Shown here: positions 1 through 9,726 of the stretch, piece after piece | Layout: the number at the start of each line of letters is the position of its first letter | Numbering within the stretch: the first letter of the stretch is position 1 | Source of the DNA: a bacterium | GTDB lineage: Bacteria > SAR324 > XYD2-FULL-50-16 > G965216635 | Length of the DNA: 64,000 bases | Direction of reading: 5' to 3' | Assembly (NCBI GenBank): GCA_965216635.1 | Contig: OZ244188.1 | Coordinates: 640,001 to 704,000, forward strand | Notes under the pieces: model-generated | Told to the model about the DNA's origin: nothing | The model's input: only the letters and a program-made list of their open reading frames with translations | The model's database searches: none | Made by a program: the position numbers and the translations under genes

Positions 1-2
1 GA

Positions 3-164
3 AGTAAGATAGGAGAAGGAATTTTTGGAATAAGTTTTCAAATAAAAGGAGATCTAAAAAAACCTGATGTAACTATAAATCCGACAAAAACTATATTACC
101 TAGGTTTATTGTCCGAGCAATAGACTACTTGGAGAAAAAATTTAAAAAGGAGCCATCTAACTAG
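3..164 (+). CDS. 3' end of AsmA/YhdP-like protein (partial)
   Basis: Frame 3 reads SKIGEGIFGISFQIKGDLKKPDVTINPTKTILPRFIVRAIDYLEKKFKKEPSN*, resembling the AsmA-like C-terminal motif. Confidence 0.55.
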   Translation, partial: SKIGEGIFGISFQIKGDLKKPDVTINPTKTILPRFIVRAIDYLEKKFKKEPSN

Positions 165-192
165 TCCTATTGTTTTTTTTTAATATTTCCTA

Positions 193-332
193 TAGATTTT
201 TGAATTTGCATTCTGTTTAGCCTATGCAGCGTTGAAAAAATTTTTTAACTCTTAAAATACTTCAGTATTCCAGCGAGCTAAAAAATTTTTTCGCCTTGCC
301 TAGCCGTCACATAACGCAAATTCAAAAGTCTA
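193..332. mobile_element. MITE-like element, canonical 140-bp copy
   Basis: TIRs TAGATTTTTGAATTTGC / GCAAATTCAAAAGTCTA; perfect 5-bp TSD TCCTA (188-192, 333-337). Confidence 0.9.
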
Positions 333-415
333 TCCTATAGATAAAAGATAAAAACCTTTGTAGAAAAAGTTTTGTTTTAAATTATAATTAACCTCTAAAA
401 AACTAGAAATAAAAA

Positions 416-2092
416 ATGGAAATTCTATCAGATATAGAAATCGCAAGGCAAGCGAAGATGCTGCCTATTGTAGAAGTTGCAGCTAAATTAGGTATTGCAG
501 AAAAAGATTTAATTGCTTACGGCTCTGATAAAGCCAAACTTTCTTGGGATTGGATGGATTCAATCAAAGACAGAGCGGACGGCAATTTAGTATTAGTCAC
601 CGCTATTACTCCTACTCCAGCTGGAGAAGGAAAAACTACCACCACTGTAGGATTGGGAGATGCACTTAACCGTATTGGGAAAAAAACTATTATGTGTCTA
701 AGAGAGCCTAGTTTGGGACCTTGTTTTGGTATGAAAGGTGGTGCGGCTGGAGGCGGTAAAGCTCAGGTTGTGCCTATGGAAGATATTAACTTGCATTTTA
801 CTGGAGATTTTCATGCGATTACTTCGGCTCATAATTTATTATCGGCTATGATAGACAATCACATCCATTGGGGAAATGCTGCTGAATTAGATGTTCGTAA
901 AATAGAATGGCGTAGAGTTTTAGATATGAACGACCGTTCTTTGCGTGATATTGCTATTGCCCTCGGTGGCACAGCCAATGGCTTTCCTAGACAGACAGGT
1001 TTTGATATTACTGTGGCTTCTGAAATTATGGCAGTTTTATGTCTTTCTAAAGACTTAAAAGATTTAAAAAATAATCTAGCTAAAATGACAATCGGCTATC
1101 GTAGAGATATGACTCCAATTTTTGCTAAAGATATGGAGGCTACAGGGGCTATGACAGTATTGCTCAAAAATGCCTTATCTCCTAACCTAGTGCAAACTTT
1201 GGAAAATAATCCAGCTTTTATTCATGGAGGACCTTTTGCTAATATTGCGCACGGCTGTAATTCGGTTTTGGCAACTCAAAAATCTTTAAAAATTGCTGAC
1301 TATGTTGTTACAGAGGCTGGCTTTGGAGCAGACCTTGGAGCTGAGAAATTTTTTGATATTAAGTGCAGAAAAAGCGGGTTGTCACCTAAAGCGGTAGTCG
1401 TTGTAGCTACTATTAGGGCTTTGAAAATGCACGGTGGTTTGGCAAAAGATGATTTAAAAAATGAAGATCTGGAGGCTATTGAAAAAGGTTTTGTGAATCT
1501 AGAAAGGCATTTAGAAAATTTGGCAAAATTTGGTGTGCCTGCACTGGTTGCAATTAACCATTTTTATACAGATACAGATGCAGAAATAGCAAAACTTCAA
1601 GAGCTGTGTCAACAAAAATCTGTCTCTGCTTATGTTTGTAAACATTGGGCTGATGGCGGTGCTGGAGCCGAAGAGCTTGCCCGAAATGTTGTAGCTACTG
1701 TGGAAAAAGGAGAGGCAAATTTCAAACTTCTTTATGCCGATGAACTTCCAGTAGAAGAAAAAATCCGCTGTATAGCACAAGAAATTTATAGAGCAGAGAA
1801 TATTCAATTAGAAGGAGCTACCAAGAAAAAAATTGAGAGAATCAACAAAGCGGGTTGGGAAAAATTTCCAATATGTATGGCAAAAACTCAATATAGTTTT
1901 ACAACAGATCCTAAGGCTTATGGGGCTCCTAGTGGACATACTCTTAAAATCCAAGACATCAAACCCAACACTGGTGCTGGTTTTCATGTGGTTATTTGTG
2001 GAGATATTATGAGAATGCCCGGCTTACCAAAAATGCCTGCTGCTAATACTATTGATTTTGATGATAAGGGAAGGGTTGTTGGTTTATTTTAA
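416..2092 (+). CDS. fhs: formate--tetrahydrofolate ligase
   Basis: [61 protein letters not shown] motifs. Confidence 0.97.
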   Translation: MEILSDIEIARQAKMLPIVEVAAKLGIAEKDLIAYGSDKAKLSWDWMDSIKDRADGNLVLVTAITPTPAGEGKTTTTVGLGDALNRIGKKTIMCLREPSLGPCFGMKGGAAGGGKAQVVPMEDINLHFTGDFHAITSAHNLLSAMIDNHIHWGNAAELDVRKIEWRRVLDMNDRSLRDIAIALGGTANGFPRQTGFDITVASEIMAVLCLSKDLKDLKNNLAKMTIGYRRDMTPIFAKDMEATGAMTVLLKNALSPNLVQTLENNPAFIHGGPFANIAHGCNSVLATQKSLKIADYVVTEAGFGADLGAEKFFDIKCRKSGLSPKAVVVVATIRALKMHGGLAKDDLKNEDLEAIEKGFVNLERHLENLAKFGVPALVAINHFYTDTDAEIAKLQELCQQKSVSAYVCKHWADGGAGAEELARNVVATVEKGEANFKLLYADELPVEEKIRCIAQEIYRAENIQLEGATKKKIERINKAGWEKFPICMAKTQYSFTTDPKAYGAPSGHTLKIQDIKPNTGAGFHVVICGDIMRMPGLPKMPAANTIDFDDKGRVVGLF

Positions 2093-2095
2093 AAA

Positions 2096-2674
2096 ATGCC
2101 AATAATTCAAAAAATGGAAATAGCTAAAAATACTGTTTTACTTATCGTTGATGTTCAAAAAGGACTTGATGAATCTTTTTGGGGGAAAAGAAATAATCCA
2201 AATGCTGAAGACAATATTGGTAAACTTTTAACAATTTGGAGAAAGACAAACCGTCCAGTAATTCATATTCAACATTTGTCTTTATTACCAGATTCACCTT
2301 TAAGAGCTGGATATTGTGGATCTGAATTGAAAACTATTGTAAAACCTCAAAACGAAGAGATGCTATTTCAGAAAAATGTCAATAGTGCGTTTATCGGCAC
2401 GGGGTTAGAAAATTATTTAAAAAAACAAAATTATAAAAGTTTAGTGATTGTTGGATTGACTACACCTCATTGTGTTTCAACCACAACTCGTATGGCAGCT
2501 AATCTTGGATTTCAAACCTTTGTCGTTGCTGACGCCACTGCTGCTCACGAAGCTATTGGCTATGATGGAAAAAAATACACAGCAGAAGAAATCCATCAAA
2601 TATCCTTAGCAACGCTTCATAAAGAATTTGCTACAGTGGTAGATACCAAAACAATGTTGAGAGCTTTGAATTAG
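2096..2674 (+). CDS. isochorismatase-family cysteine hydrolase
   Basis: LLIVDVQ, KNVNSAFIGT, GLTTPHCVSTTTR; last codons (RALN*) come from a MITE end. Confidence 0.9.
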   Translation: MPIIQKMEIAKNTVLLIVDVQKGLDESFWGKRNNPNAEDNIGKLLTIWRKTNRPVIHIQHLSLLPDSPLRAGYCGSELKTIVKPQNEEMLFQKNVNSAFIGTGLENYLKKQNYKSLVIVGLTTPHCVSTTTRMAANLGFQTFVVADATAAHEAIGYDGKKYTAEEIHQISLATLHKEFATVVDTKTMLRALN

Positions 2675-2901
2675 CGTTCTGTTTAGCCAAAACAAGCTTA
2701 TTGCTTTTACTCTATACAGGCTTTAGCAAAAGAGCCACTGGCTCTTTTGCAGTCTATATTGTGTTAGCTTTAAGTCTTGCAGTGTTTTGCACTACGCCAT
2801 TAAAAAAAAAAATTTAACTCTTGAAATACTCCAGTATTCCAGCGAGCTAAAATTTTTTTTTGCCTTGCCTAGCCGTCACATAACACTAATTCAAAGTTCT
2901 C
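2659..2901. mobile_element. MITE-like element (GAGAG...TTCTC end variant) overlapping upstream stop codon
   Basis: GAGAGCTTTGAATTAG / CTAATTCAAAGTTCTC; shared interior modules such as AAAAGAGCCACTGGCTCTTTT; TSD not clear. Confidence 0.85.
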
Positions 2902-2926
2902 AATATCATCTAAACTAAATTGAAAA

Positions 2927-3325
2927 ATGAACCTACAAGGTCTCACTAGAAATGTAAAAAATCTAGACTGGTCTGATAATGTATCACCAGAAATAGCAAA
3001 ATATTGCAGGAATACTCGCTGGAAAACAATTTTCAGCTATGGAGATACACCGACCAATAAATTTGTCTTTGGTTTTTGTGAAATTTTAACAGAAGGCTAT
3101 GTTGGATTGCACCACCACGAAGAAACAGAAATCTACCATATTCTTAAAGGCAGGGGAGTTGTTTCTATTGATGGCAAAGATACTTTAGTGAAAATTCAAG
3201 ACACCGTTTTTCTGCCTAGCCGTGCGATTCATAGTATTCACAACCACAAAAAAACTCCTTTAGAATTTGTATATATTCTTAATACCGATTCTTTCAGTGA
3301 TGCAGAGTATATTTTTAAAAAATAG
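2927..3325 (+). CDS. cupin, DMSP lyase DddW/DddK-like
   Basis: RWKTIFSYGDTPT, LHHHEETEIYHILKGRG, VFLPSRAIHS, TDSFSDAEY; about 130 aa. Confidence 0.65.
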   Translation: MNLQGLTRNVKNLDWSDNVSPEIAKYCRNTRWKTIFSYGDTPTNKFVFGFCEILTEGYVGLHHHEETEIYHILKGRGVVSIDGKDTLVKIQDTVFLPSRAIHSIHNHKKTPLEFVYILNTDSFSDAEYIFKK

Positions 3326-3385
3326 TTGAAGATCTTTTGTAGAATTTTTAAAATATGTCAGCAGTAGATTTTTTCATTACATCTA

Positions 3386-3480
3386 GTGACCTTTGAATTA
3401 GTGTTATGTGACGGCAGAGCTTCTTTTTGCTTCCACGAAGCAAAAAAAACTGGGTTGTAGGAATATTGTAGCGTGAAAAA
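3386..3480. mobile_element. MITE left-end fragment
   Basis: GTGACCTTTGAATTAGTGTTATGTGACGGC matches the family end module. Confidence 0.7.
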
Positions 3481-3543
3481 CTAAAGAGATTTTTGCATTA
3501 GCTTATCTAGTTTAATCTGATTTTCAATGGTAAAAATCCTTAT

Positions 3544-3792
3544 AAACTATATTTTTTAGTTGACAAAAAAGTTTTTTTGCGAAAGACTATATTTTTTATT
3601 TGACAAAGAAGTTTTTTTGTGAAAAACTATATTTTTTAGTTGACAAAGAAGTTTTTTTGCGAAAAACTATATTTTTTAGTTGACAAAAAAGTTTTTTTGC
3701 GAAAAACTATATTTTTTAGTTGACAAAAAAGTTTTTTTGCGAAAAACTATATTTTTTATTTGACAAAGAAGTTTTTTTGCGAAAAACTATAT
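3544..3792 (+). repeat. 40-bp tandem repeat, about 6.2 copies, each with TTGACA
   Basis: Unit AAAACTATATTTTTTAGTTGACAAAAAAGTTTTTTTGCGA; TTGACA at 3560, 3600, 3640, 3680, 3720, 3760. Confidence 0.95.
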
Positions 3793-3830
3793 AAGTTCAC
3801 TTTTTTTATTATTAAAAATTAACCTATCGT

Positions 3831-6800
3831 ATGATTATGAAAAAAATACTATCTTTCTTATTGCTGTTTGTTTTGAGTACCCATTTTATTTTGGCTCAAA
3901 CAGAAACTATTAATATAGAAAAACCTAACGTAGAAGGGCTTTCTAACAATCAGGTTTCCGATTTTGATGTTAACGCAGATGGAACTATTTTAAACAATAG
4001 TGCAACTGGAGGATTGTCCGAGCTAAACGGAACAAATGTGTTTCCTAATCCCAATATTAAAAAAGATAGCGAAGCAAAGGTTATCTTATTCCAAGTGACT
4101 GAAAATAATAATAGTGGATTAGACGGAAAAATAGAAGTATTTGGCGTTACGGCCGGAGTAATTATAGCGAATCCTAATGGAATCACCTGCAATGGTTGTG
4201 GTTTTATCAATGCTAGCAAGGTAGATTTAGTTACAGGCACAGTCAATACAGAGGGGGGTGTGCAGAACTTTATTATAAATGGTACAGGAAGATTTGTGAC
4301 AGGAACGAACGGATTTGAAGGTGATGCTGTACTAGATGAATTAAACATAAGATCAGGTGATTACACTCAATCTGGGGCTATAGATATTTATGGTGATCTT
4401 AATATCCAAGTAAGCGGAGAAGCTCGTTTAGATGAGGCTGCTTCTATTGAAAGCCGTAATCTTTCATTTTCAGCGAACTCTATCTCCAATCAAGCAGATT
4501 TTACTATTACTGATAGTGCTGCTTTTGATATTGAGAAAAATTTTGTGAACGGAGATAGCGAAAACGAAGGTGGAGATATTATTGCGGGCAGTTTTCAGGT
4601 CACAGGAGTTAGATTTTCTAATTACAACGCAACAATTACTGCTGATAGCTTTACTGTTACAGCAGAAAATGACTTTTATAATGACAACTCTGCAACGATT
4701 AATGCAGGTAGCTTTACTGCCACAGCATCTGAACTTCGCAATAGAGGAACGATTAATGCGGGCAGCTTTCTGGTCGTCACAGGAGTTAGATTTACTAATG
4801 ACAGCAACGCAACAATTAATGCTGATAGCTTTAATGTTACAGCAGAAAATTACTTTTATAATGAAAATTCTGCAACGATTAATGCAGACAGTTTTACTGC
4901 CACAGCATCTAGTCTTACCAATAAAGGAACGATTGCAGCTTACACTCTTTTGGATATCACATTGACTAGCGAATCACCAAATAGCTTTACTAATAATAAT
5001 GGCAATGGCGAAGTGACTAGTGCAGATACTTTCAATCTTTCTGTAGGCGGTAATTTTGATTATAAAAGGGATTTTCTAAATAATGGAACTATTAATACTA
5101 ACAGCTTCAATCTCAATGTTGGTGGTAATTTTAGCAACGGCGATGCAAACAATGACTTTACTTGGGGCGGAAATAATAGCCTTAATGTGTCTGGAAATGC
5201 TGATATTACCACAAGAAATTTTACTCAATATGGTGTAGTAAATGTTGATGGTATTTTTACTATTAATGCGAATAGTTTTGTTTATGATGCAAACAACGAT
5301 TTCACTTGGGGCGAAAATAATAAACTTAATGTGACTGGAACTGCTTCTGTTATTGCAAATAGTTTTAATAATAGAGGAACTCTAAATGCTAATAGCTTTG
5401 ATATTACAGCAACGGATCTTACTAACACTGGAACTATTAGTGCTAATACTACTTTGAATACAACATTGAGTAGCACTGCAAGTAACAGTTTTTCTAATAC
5501 TGGCGGAGTAGCTAGTGCAAATACATTCAATCTTTCTGTAGGCGGTGATTTTGACTATGTTGCTGATAGAGGAACTATCACTGCTAATAATTTCAGCCTT
5601 AATGTTGGTGGTAATTTTAGCAACAACGATGCGGCTAACAATTTTACTTGGGGCGCAAACGATAGTTTGGTTGTATCTGGAACTGCTTCTGTTTTTGCAA
5701 ATAGTTTTAATAATAGAGGAACTGTCAATGCTAATAGCTTTGATATTACTGCAACGGATCTTACTAACACTGGAACTATTAGCGCTAATACTACTTTGAA
5801 TACAACATTGAGTAGCACAGCAAATAACAGTTTTTCTAATACTGGAGGAATAGCTAGTGCAGATACATTCAATCTTTCTGTAGGCGGTGATTTTGATTAT
5901 ATCAGCAATTTTTCAGGCAATGGAACTATTAATTCTAACAGCTTCAATCTCAATGTTGGTGGTGATTTTAGAAACGAGGATGCAAATGACGATTTTACTT
6001 GGGGCGCAAACGATAGTTTAGTTGTAGCTGGAGCTGCTTCTGTTATTGCAGACAGTTTTAATAATAGCGGAACTCTAAATGCTAATAGCTTTAATATTAC
6101 TGCAACGGATCTTACTAACACTGGAACTATTAGTGCTAATACTACTTTGAATACAACATTGAGTAGCACAGCAATTAAAAGTTTTTCTAATACTGGAGGA
6201 ATAGCTAGTGCAGATACATTCAATCTTTCTGTAGCTGGTGATTTTAATTATATTCGCGATTTTCTAAACAATGGAACTATTAATTCTAACAGCTTCAATC
6301 TCAATGTAGGCGGTGATTTTAGAAAAAACGATGAAGACAATGATTTTACTTGGGGCGAAAATAATAGCCTTAATGTGACTGGAACTGCTTATGTTATTGC
6401 AAATAGTTTTAATAATAGCGGAACTCTAAATGCTAGTAGCTTTAATATTACAGCAACGGATCTTAATAACACTGGAGGAACTATCAATGCTGACAATATT
6501 TTGAATACAACATTGACTAGCACAGCAGATAACAGTTTTTCTAATACTGGCGGAGTAGTTGCAGATACCTTCAATCTTTCTGTAGCGGGCGATTTTAATT
6601 ATATTAGCGATTTTCTAAACAATGGAACTATTAATACTAACAGCTTCAATCTCAATGTAGGCGGTAATTTTAGCAACGACGATGCAGCTAACGATTTTAC
6701 TTGGGGCGAAAATAATAGCCTTAATGTGACTGGAACTGCTTCTGTTATTGCAAATAATTTTAATAATAGCGGAACCCTAAATGCTAATAGCTTTGATATT

Positions 6801-9152
6801 ACTGCAACGGATCTTACTAACACTGGAACTATTAGCGCTAATACTACTTTGAATACAACATTGAGTAGCACAGCAAGTAACAGTTTTTCTAATACTGGAG
6901 GAATAGCTAGTGCAGATACTTTCGAACTGTCTGTAGCTGGTAATTTTAATTATATTAGCGATTTTCTAAACAATGGAACTATTAATTCTAACAGCTTCAA
7001 TCTCAATGTTGGTGGTGATTTTAGAAACAACGATGCAAACAACGATTTTACTTGGGGTGCAAACGATAGTTTGGTTGTAGCTGGAACTGCTTCTGTTATT
7101 GCAAATAATTTTAATAATAGCGGAACTCTAAATGCTAATAGCTTTGATATTACTGCAACGGATATTACTAACACTGGAACTATTATCGCTAATACTACTT
7201 TGAATACAACATTGAGTAGCACAGCAAATAAAAGTTTTTCTAATACTGGAGGAATAGCTAGTGCAGATACTTTCAATCTTTCTGTAGCTGGTAATTTTAA
7301 TTATATTAGCGATTTTCTAAACAATGGAACTATTAATTCTAACAGTTTCAATCTCAATGTAGGCGGTGATTTTACTAACGAGGATGCAGCTGACGATTTT
7401 ACTTGGGGCGCAAACGATAGTTTGGTTGTATCTGGAACTGCTTATGTTATTGCAAATAGTTTTAATAATAGCGGAACTCTAAATGCTAATAGCTTTAATA
7501 TTACAGCAACGGATCTTACTAACACTGGAACTATTAGTGCTAATACTACTTTGAATACAACATTGAGTAGCACAGCAATTAAAATTTTTTCTAATACTGG
7601 AGGAATAGCTAGTGCAGATACTTTCAATCTTTCTGTAGCTGGTAATTTTAATTATATTAGCGATTTTCTAAACAATGGAACTATTGATTCTAACAGCTTC
7701 AATCTCAATGTTGGTGGTAATTTTAGCAACAACGATGCAACCAATGATTTCACTTGGGGCGCAAACGATAGTTTGGTTGTATCTGGAACTGCTTCTGTTA
7801 TTGCAGACAGTTTTAATAATAGCGGAACCCTAAATGCTAATAGCTTTGATATTACAGCAACGGATCTTACTAACACTGGAACTATTAGTGCTAATACTAC
7901 TTTGAATACAACATTGAGTAGCACAGCAAGTAACAGTTTTTCTAATACTGGCGGAGTAGCTAGTGCAGATACATTCAATCTTTCTGTAGGCGGTGATTTT
8001 GACTATGTTGCTGATAGAGGGACTATAAATACTAACAACTTCAATCTCAATGTTGGTGGTGATTTTAGCAACAACGATGCTGCCAATGATTTTACTTGGG
8101 GTGCAAACGATAGTTTAGTTGTGTCTGGGGATGCTGATATTGCCACAAGAAATTTTACTCAATCTGGTGTAGTAGATGTTGGAGGCACTTTTACTATTAA
8201 TGCAGATGGTCTTATTCGTAATGCTGGAACTATTACTACTAATGCTTTGACTATTGATACAGATAGCATTCATAATCCAGGAAATATTACCGCTAATACT
8301 TCTTTGAATATCACAGCAGATGGTCTTATTCGTAATGCTGGAACTATTACTACTAATGCTTTGACTATTGATACAGATAGCATTCATAATCCAGGAAATA
8401 TTACCGCTAATACTTCTTTGAATATCACAGCAATAAACGATGTTTTTTCAGGGGGAAGCATCACAACTTCTACTTTGAATATTGATGCTGGAAGGAACTT
8501 TGCCAACCACGGATCTATTACTGCTAATAACTCTTTTGAAATTACCTCTGGGAATACAGTTCAAAACCACGGATCTATTGTTTCTGATAGCTTAGATATA
8601 ATTGCAGCGGATTATTTTAGAAACTTAAGCGGCGGGGATATTAGTGTAGATACTTTAAATATCACAGCTGGAGGTAAGGTTACAAATATAGCTACTATTA
8701 CTGCTGGAACTTTGAATATTACAGCAAATAACGACTCCTCCAGAACAGGAGATACGACAGGCTTTTATGTTGCTAACCGAGGAGATATTCAGGCGACTAC
8801 TCTAAACATAACAGCAGCAGATAATTTTTATAATAGAGGAGATATTACTGCAAATACTTTCGCTGTCACTGCAAAAAATATTTTTTTCCTTAATACAGAA
8901 ATAGCTAGTTTTTATGCTTCTGGAGGCATTTATGATGGTGGGGATGTTTATCTTACAGGAACTTCTAGTTTTACAGCTACTGACAGACTGGATAACTACG
9001 GATTGATAGATCTCAATGATTCTAATTTAGATATTACAGCGGATATCTTTGTCAATCAAGAAGATGCTACCATTGATGCTACTACATTAAACCTCAATGT
9101 TAACTCCTTCAGTGATGAGGGCACTATTACTGCCACAACCAACAATCAATAG
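3831..9152 (+). CDS. filamentous haemagglutinin-like TpsA exoprotein
   Basis: Signal peptide, TPS domain (ILNN, NPNI, IANPNGITCNGCGFINA), long N/T/G-rich beta-helix repeats. Confidence 0.92.
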   Translation: MIMKKILSFLLLFVLSTHFILAQTETINIEKPNVEGLSNNQVSDFDVNADGTILNNSATGGLSELNGTNVFPNPNIKKDSEAKVILFQVTENNNSGLDGKIEVFGVTAGVIIANPNGITCNGCGFINASKVDLVTGTVNTEGGVQNFIINGTGRFVTGTNGFEGDAVLDELNIRSGDYTQSGAIDIYGDLNIQVSGEARLDEAASIESRNLSFSANSISNQADFTITDSAAFDIEKNFVNGDSENEGGDIIAGSFQVTGVRFSNYNATITADSFTVTAENDFYNDNSATINAGSFTATASELRNRGTINAGSFLVVTGVRFTNDSNATINADSFNVTAENYFYNENSATINADSFTATASSLTNKGTIAAYTLLDITLTSESPNSFTNNNGNGEVTSADTFNLSVGGNFDYKRDFLNNGTINTNSFNLNVGGNFSNGDANNDFTWGGNNSLNVSGNADITTRNFTQYGVVNVDGIFTINANSFVYDANNDFTWGENNKLNVTGTASVIANSFNNRGTLNANSFDITATDLTNTGTISANTTLNTTLSSTASNSFSNTGGVASANTFNLSVGGDFDYVADRGTITANNFSLNVGGNFSNNDAANNFTWGANDSLVVSGTASVFANSFNNRGTVNANSFDITATDLTNTGTISANTTLNTTLSSTANNSFSNTGGIASADTFNLSVGGDFDYISNFSGNGTINSNSFNLNVGGDFRNEDANDDFTWGANDSLVVAGAASVIADSFNNSGTLNANSFNITATDLTNTGTISANTTLNTTLSSTAIKSFSNTGGIASADTFNLSVAGDFNYIRDFLNNGTINSNSFNLNVGGDFRKNDEDNDFTWGENNSLNVTGTAYVIANSFNNSGTLNASSFNITATDLNNTGGTINADNILNTTLTSTADNSFSNTGGVVADTFNLSVAGDFNYISDFLNNGTINTNSFNLNVGGNFSNDDAANDFTWGENNSLNVTGTASVIANNFNNSGTLNANSFDITATDLTNTGTISANTTLNTTLSSTASNSFSNTGGIASADTFELSVAGNFNYISDFLNNGTINSNSFNLNVGGDFRNNDANNDFTWGANDSLVVAGTASVIANNFNNSGTLNANSFDITATDITNTGTIIANTTLNTTLSSTANKSFSNTGGIASADTFNLSVAGNFNYISDFLNNGTINSNSFNLNVGGDFTNEDAADDFTWGANDSLVVSGTAYVIANSFNNSGTLNANSFNITATDLTNTGTISANTTLNTTLSSTAIKIFSNTGGIASADTFNLSVAGNFNYISDFLNNGTIDSNSFNLNVGGNFSNNDATNDFTWGANDSLVVSGTASVIADSFNNSGTLNANSFDITATDLTNTGTISANTTLNTTLSSTASNSFSNTGGVASADTFNLSVGGDFDYVADRGTINTNNFNLNVGGDFSNNDAANDFTWGANDSLVVSGDADIATRNFTQSGVVDVGGTFTINADGLIRNAGTITTNALTIDTDSIHNPGNITANTSLNITADGLIRNAGTITTNALTIDTDSIHNPGNITANTSLNITAINDVFSGGSITTSTLNIDAGRNFANHGSITANNSFEITSGNTVQNHGSIVSDSLDIIAADYFRNLSGGDISVDTLNITAGGKVTNIATITAGTLNITANNDSSRTGDTTGFYVANRGDIQATTLNITAADNFYNRGDITANTFAVTAKNIFFLNTEIASFYASGGIYDGGDVYLTGTSSFTATDRLDNYGLIDLNDSNLDITADIFVNQEDATIDATTLNLNVNSFSDEGTITATTNNQ
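5301..8432 (+). repeat. intragenic repeats: about 8 units of 342-351 bp plus a 114-bp duplication
   Basis: FTWG motif recurs every 114-117 aa; 114-bp duplicate starts at 8202 and 8316. Confidence 0.9.
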
Positions 9153-9246
9153 AGGTTAGTTCGGTATCCTTAAAATCAAGGAAAAGACTTATACCAATTA
9201 CTTATCAGATCTCCACAAGTTCAGGGAAAGTGCTTTCTAGTATTTT

Positions 9247-9600
9247 GAGACCTTTGCTATTAGTGAAATTAGGCATTCTAGTTCGGTAAAACAGGCTTAT
9301 GCTTATTTTTGGTTGGGTATAAAAAGAGTACTCTTTTACAGTACTTTTTTGCTGTAGGCAAGGTTTGTGGTGTTTTTCCAAACGCCATTGTTCTAGCTTT
9401 TTATTCCTCAAAATATTTATCTTACTTGGGTAAGATAAAGTAAGGGATATAGAAGAAGTTCTCGTAGAGCTTTTGCGCTTCACTTTTGCTAGGTATTAGA
9501 TTTTGTAGTGTTTTTCATTACGATATTCCTCGCTGTAAAAAACTTGATAGCCTTGTCTAGTTTTCCTATAATGCCTAATTTCATTAATGGCAAAGATCTC
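9247..9600. mobile_element. MITE-like element with 30-bp TIR
   Basis: GAGACCTTTGCTATTAGTGAAATTAGGCAT / ATGCCTAATTTCATTAATGGCAAAGATCTC; flanks ATTTT/ACTTT. Confidence 0.85.
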
Positions 9601-9726
9601 ACTTTTTCTGCTAAACAAAATAAATAAAAATTCAGTACAAAGCAAAAACGAAGTACAAATTGTGATTTTTAAAGAAAAAAAAATTTTACCTCTCTGCCCT
9701 AACGCTAATTCAAAGATCTCAATTTG

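Noticed and set aside
3544..3792. CRISPR array
   Set aside because: Units are contiguous with no unique spacers, and no cas genes are present
3950..8387. Repeated antisense and alternate-frame ORFs within tpsA
   Set aside because: Shadow ORFs generated by the repetitive sense-strand gene
3386..9720. tpsA as a confirmed MITE-bounded cassette
   Set aside because: Inverted ends exist but the flanks (ATCTA vs AATTT) do not form a TSD and both ends are the same subtype; kept only as a weak possibility
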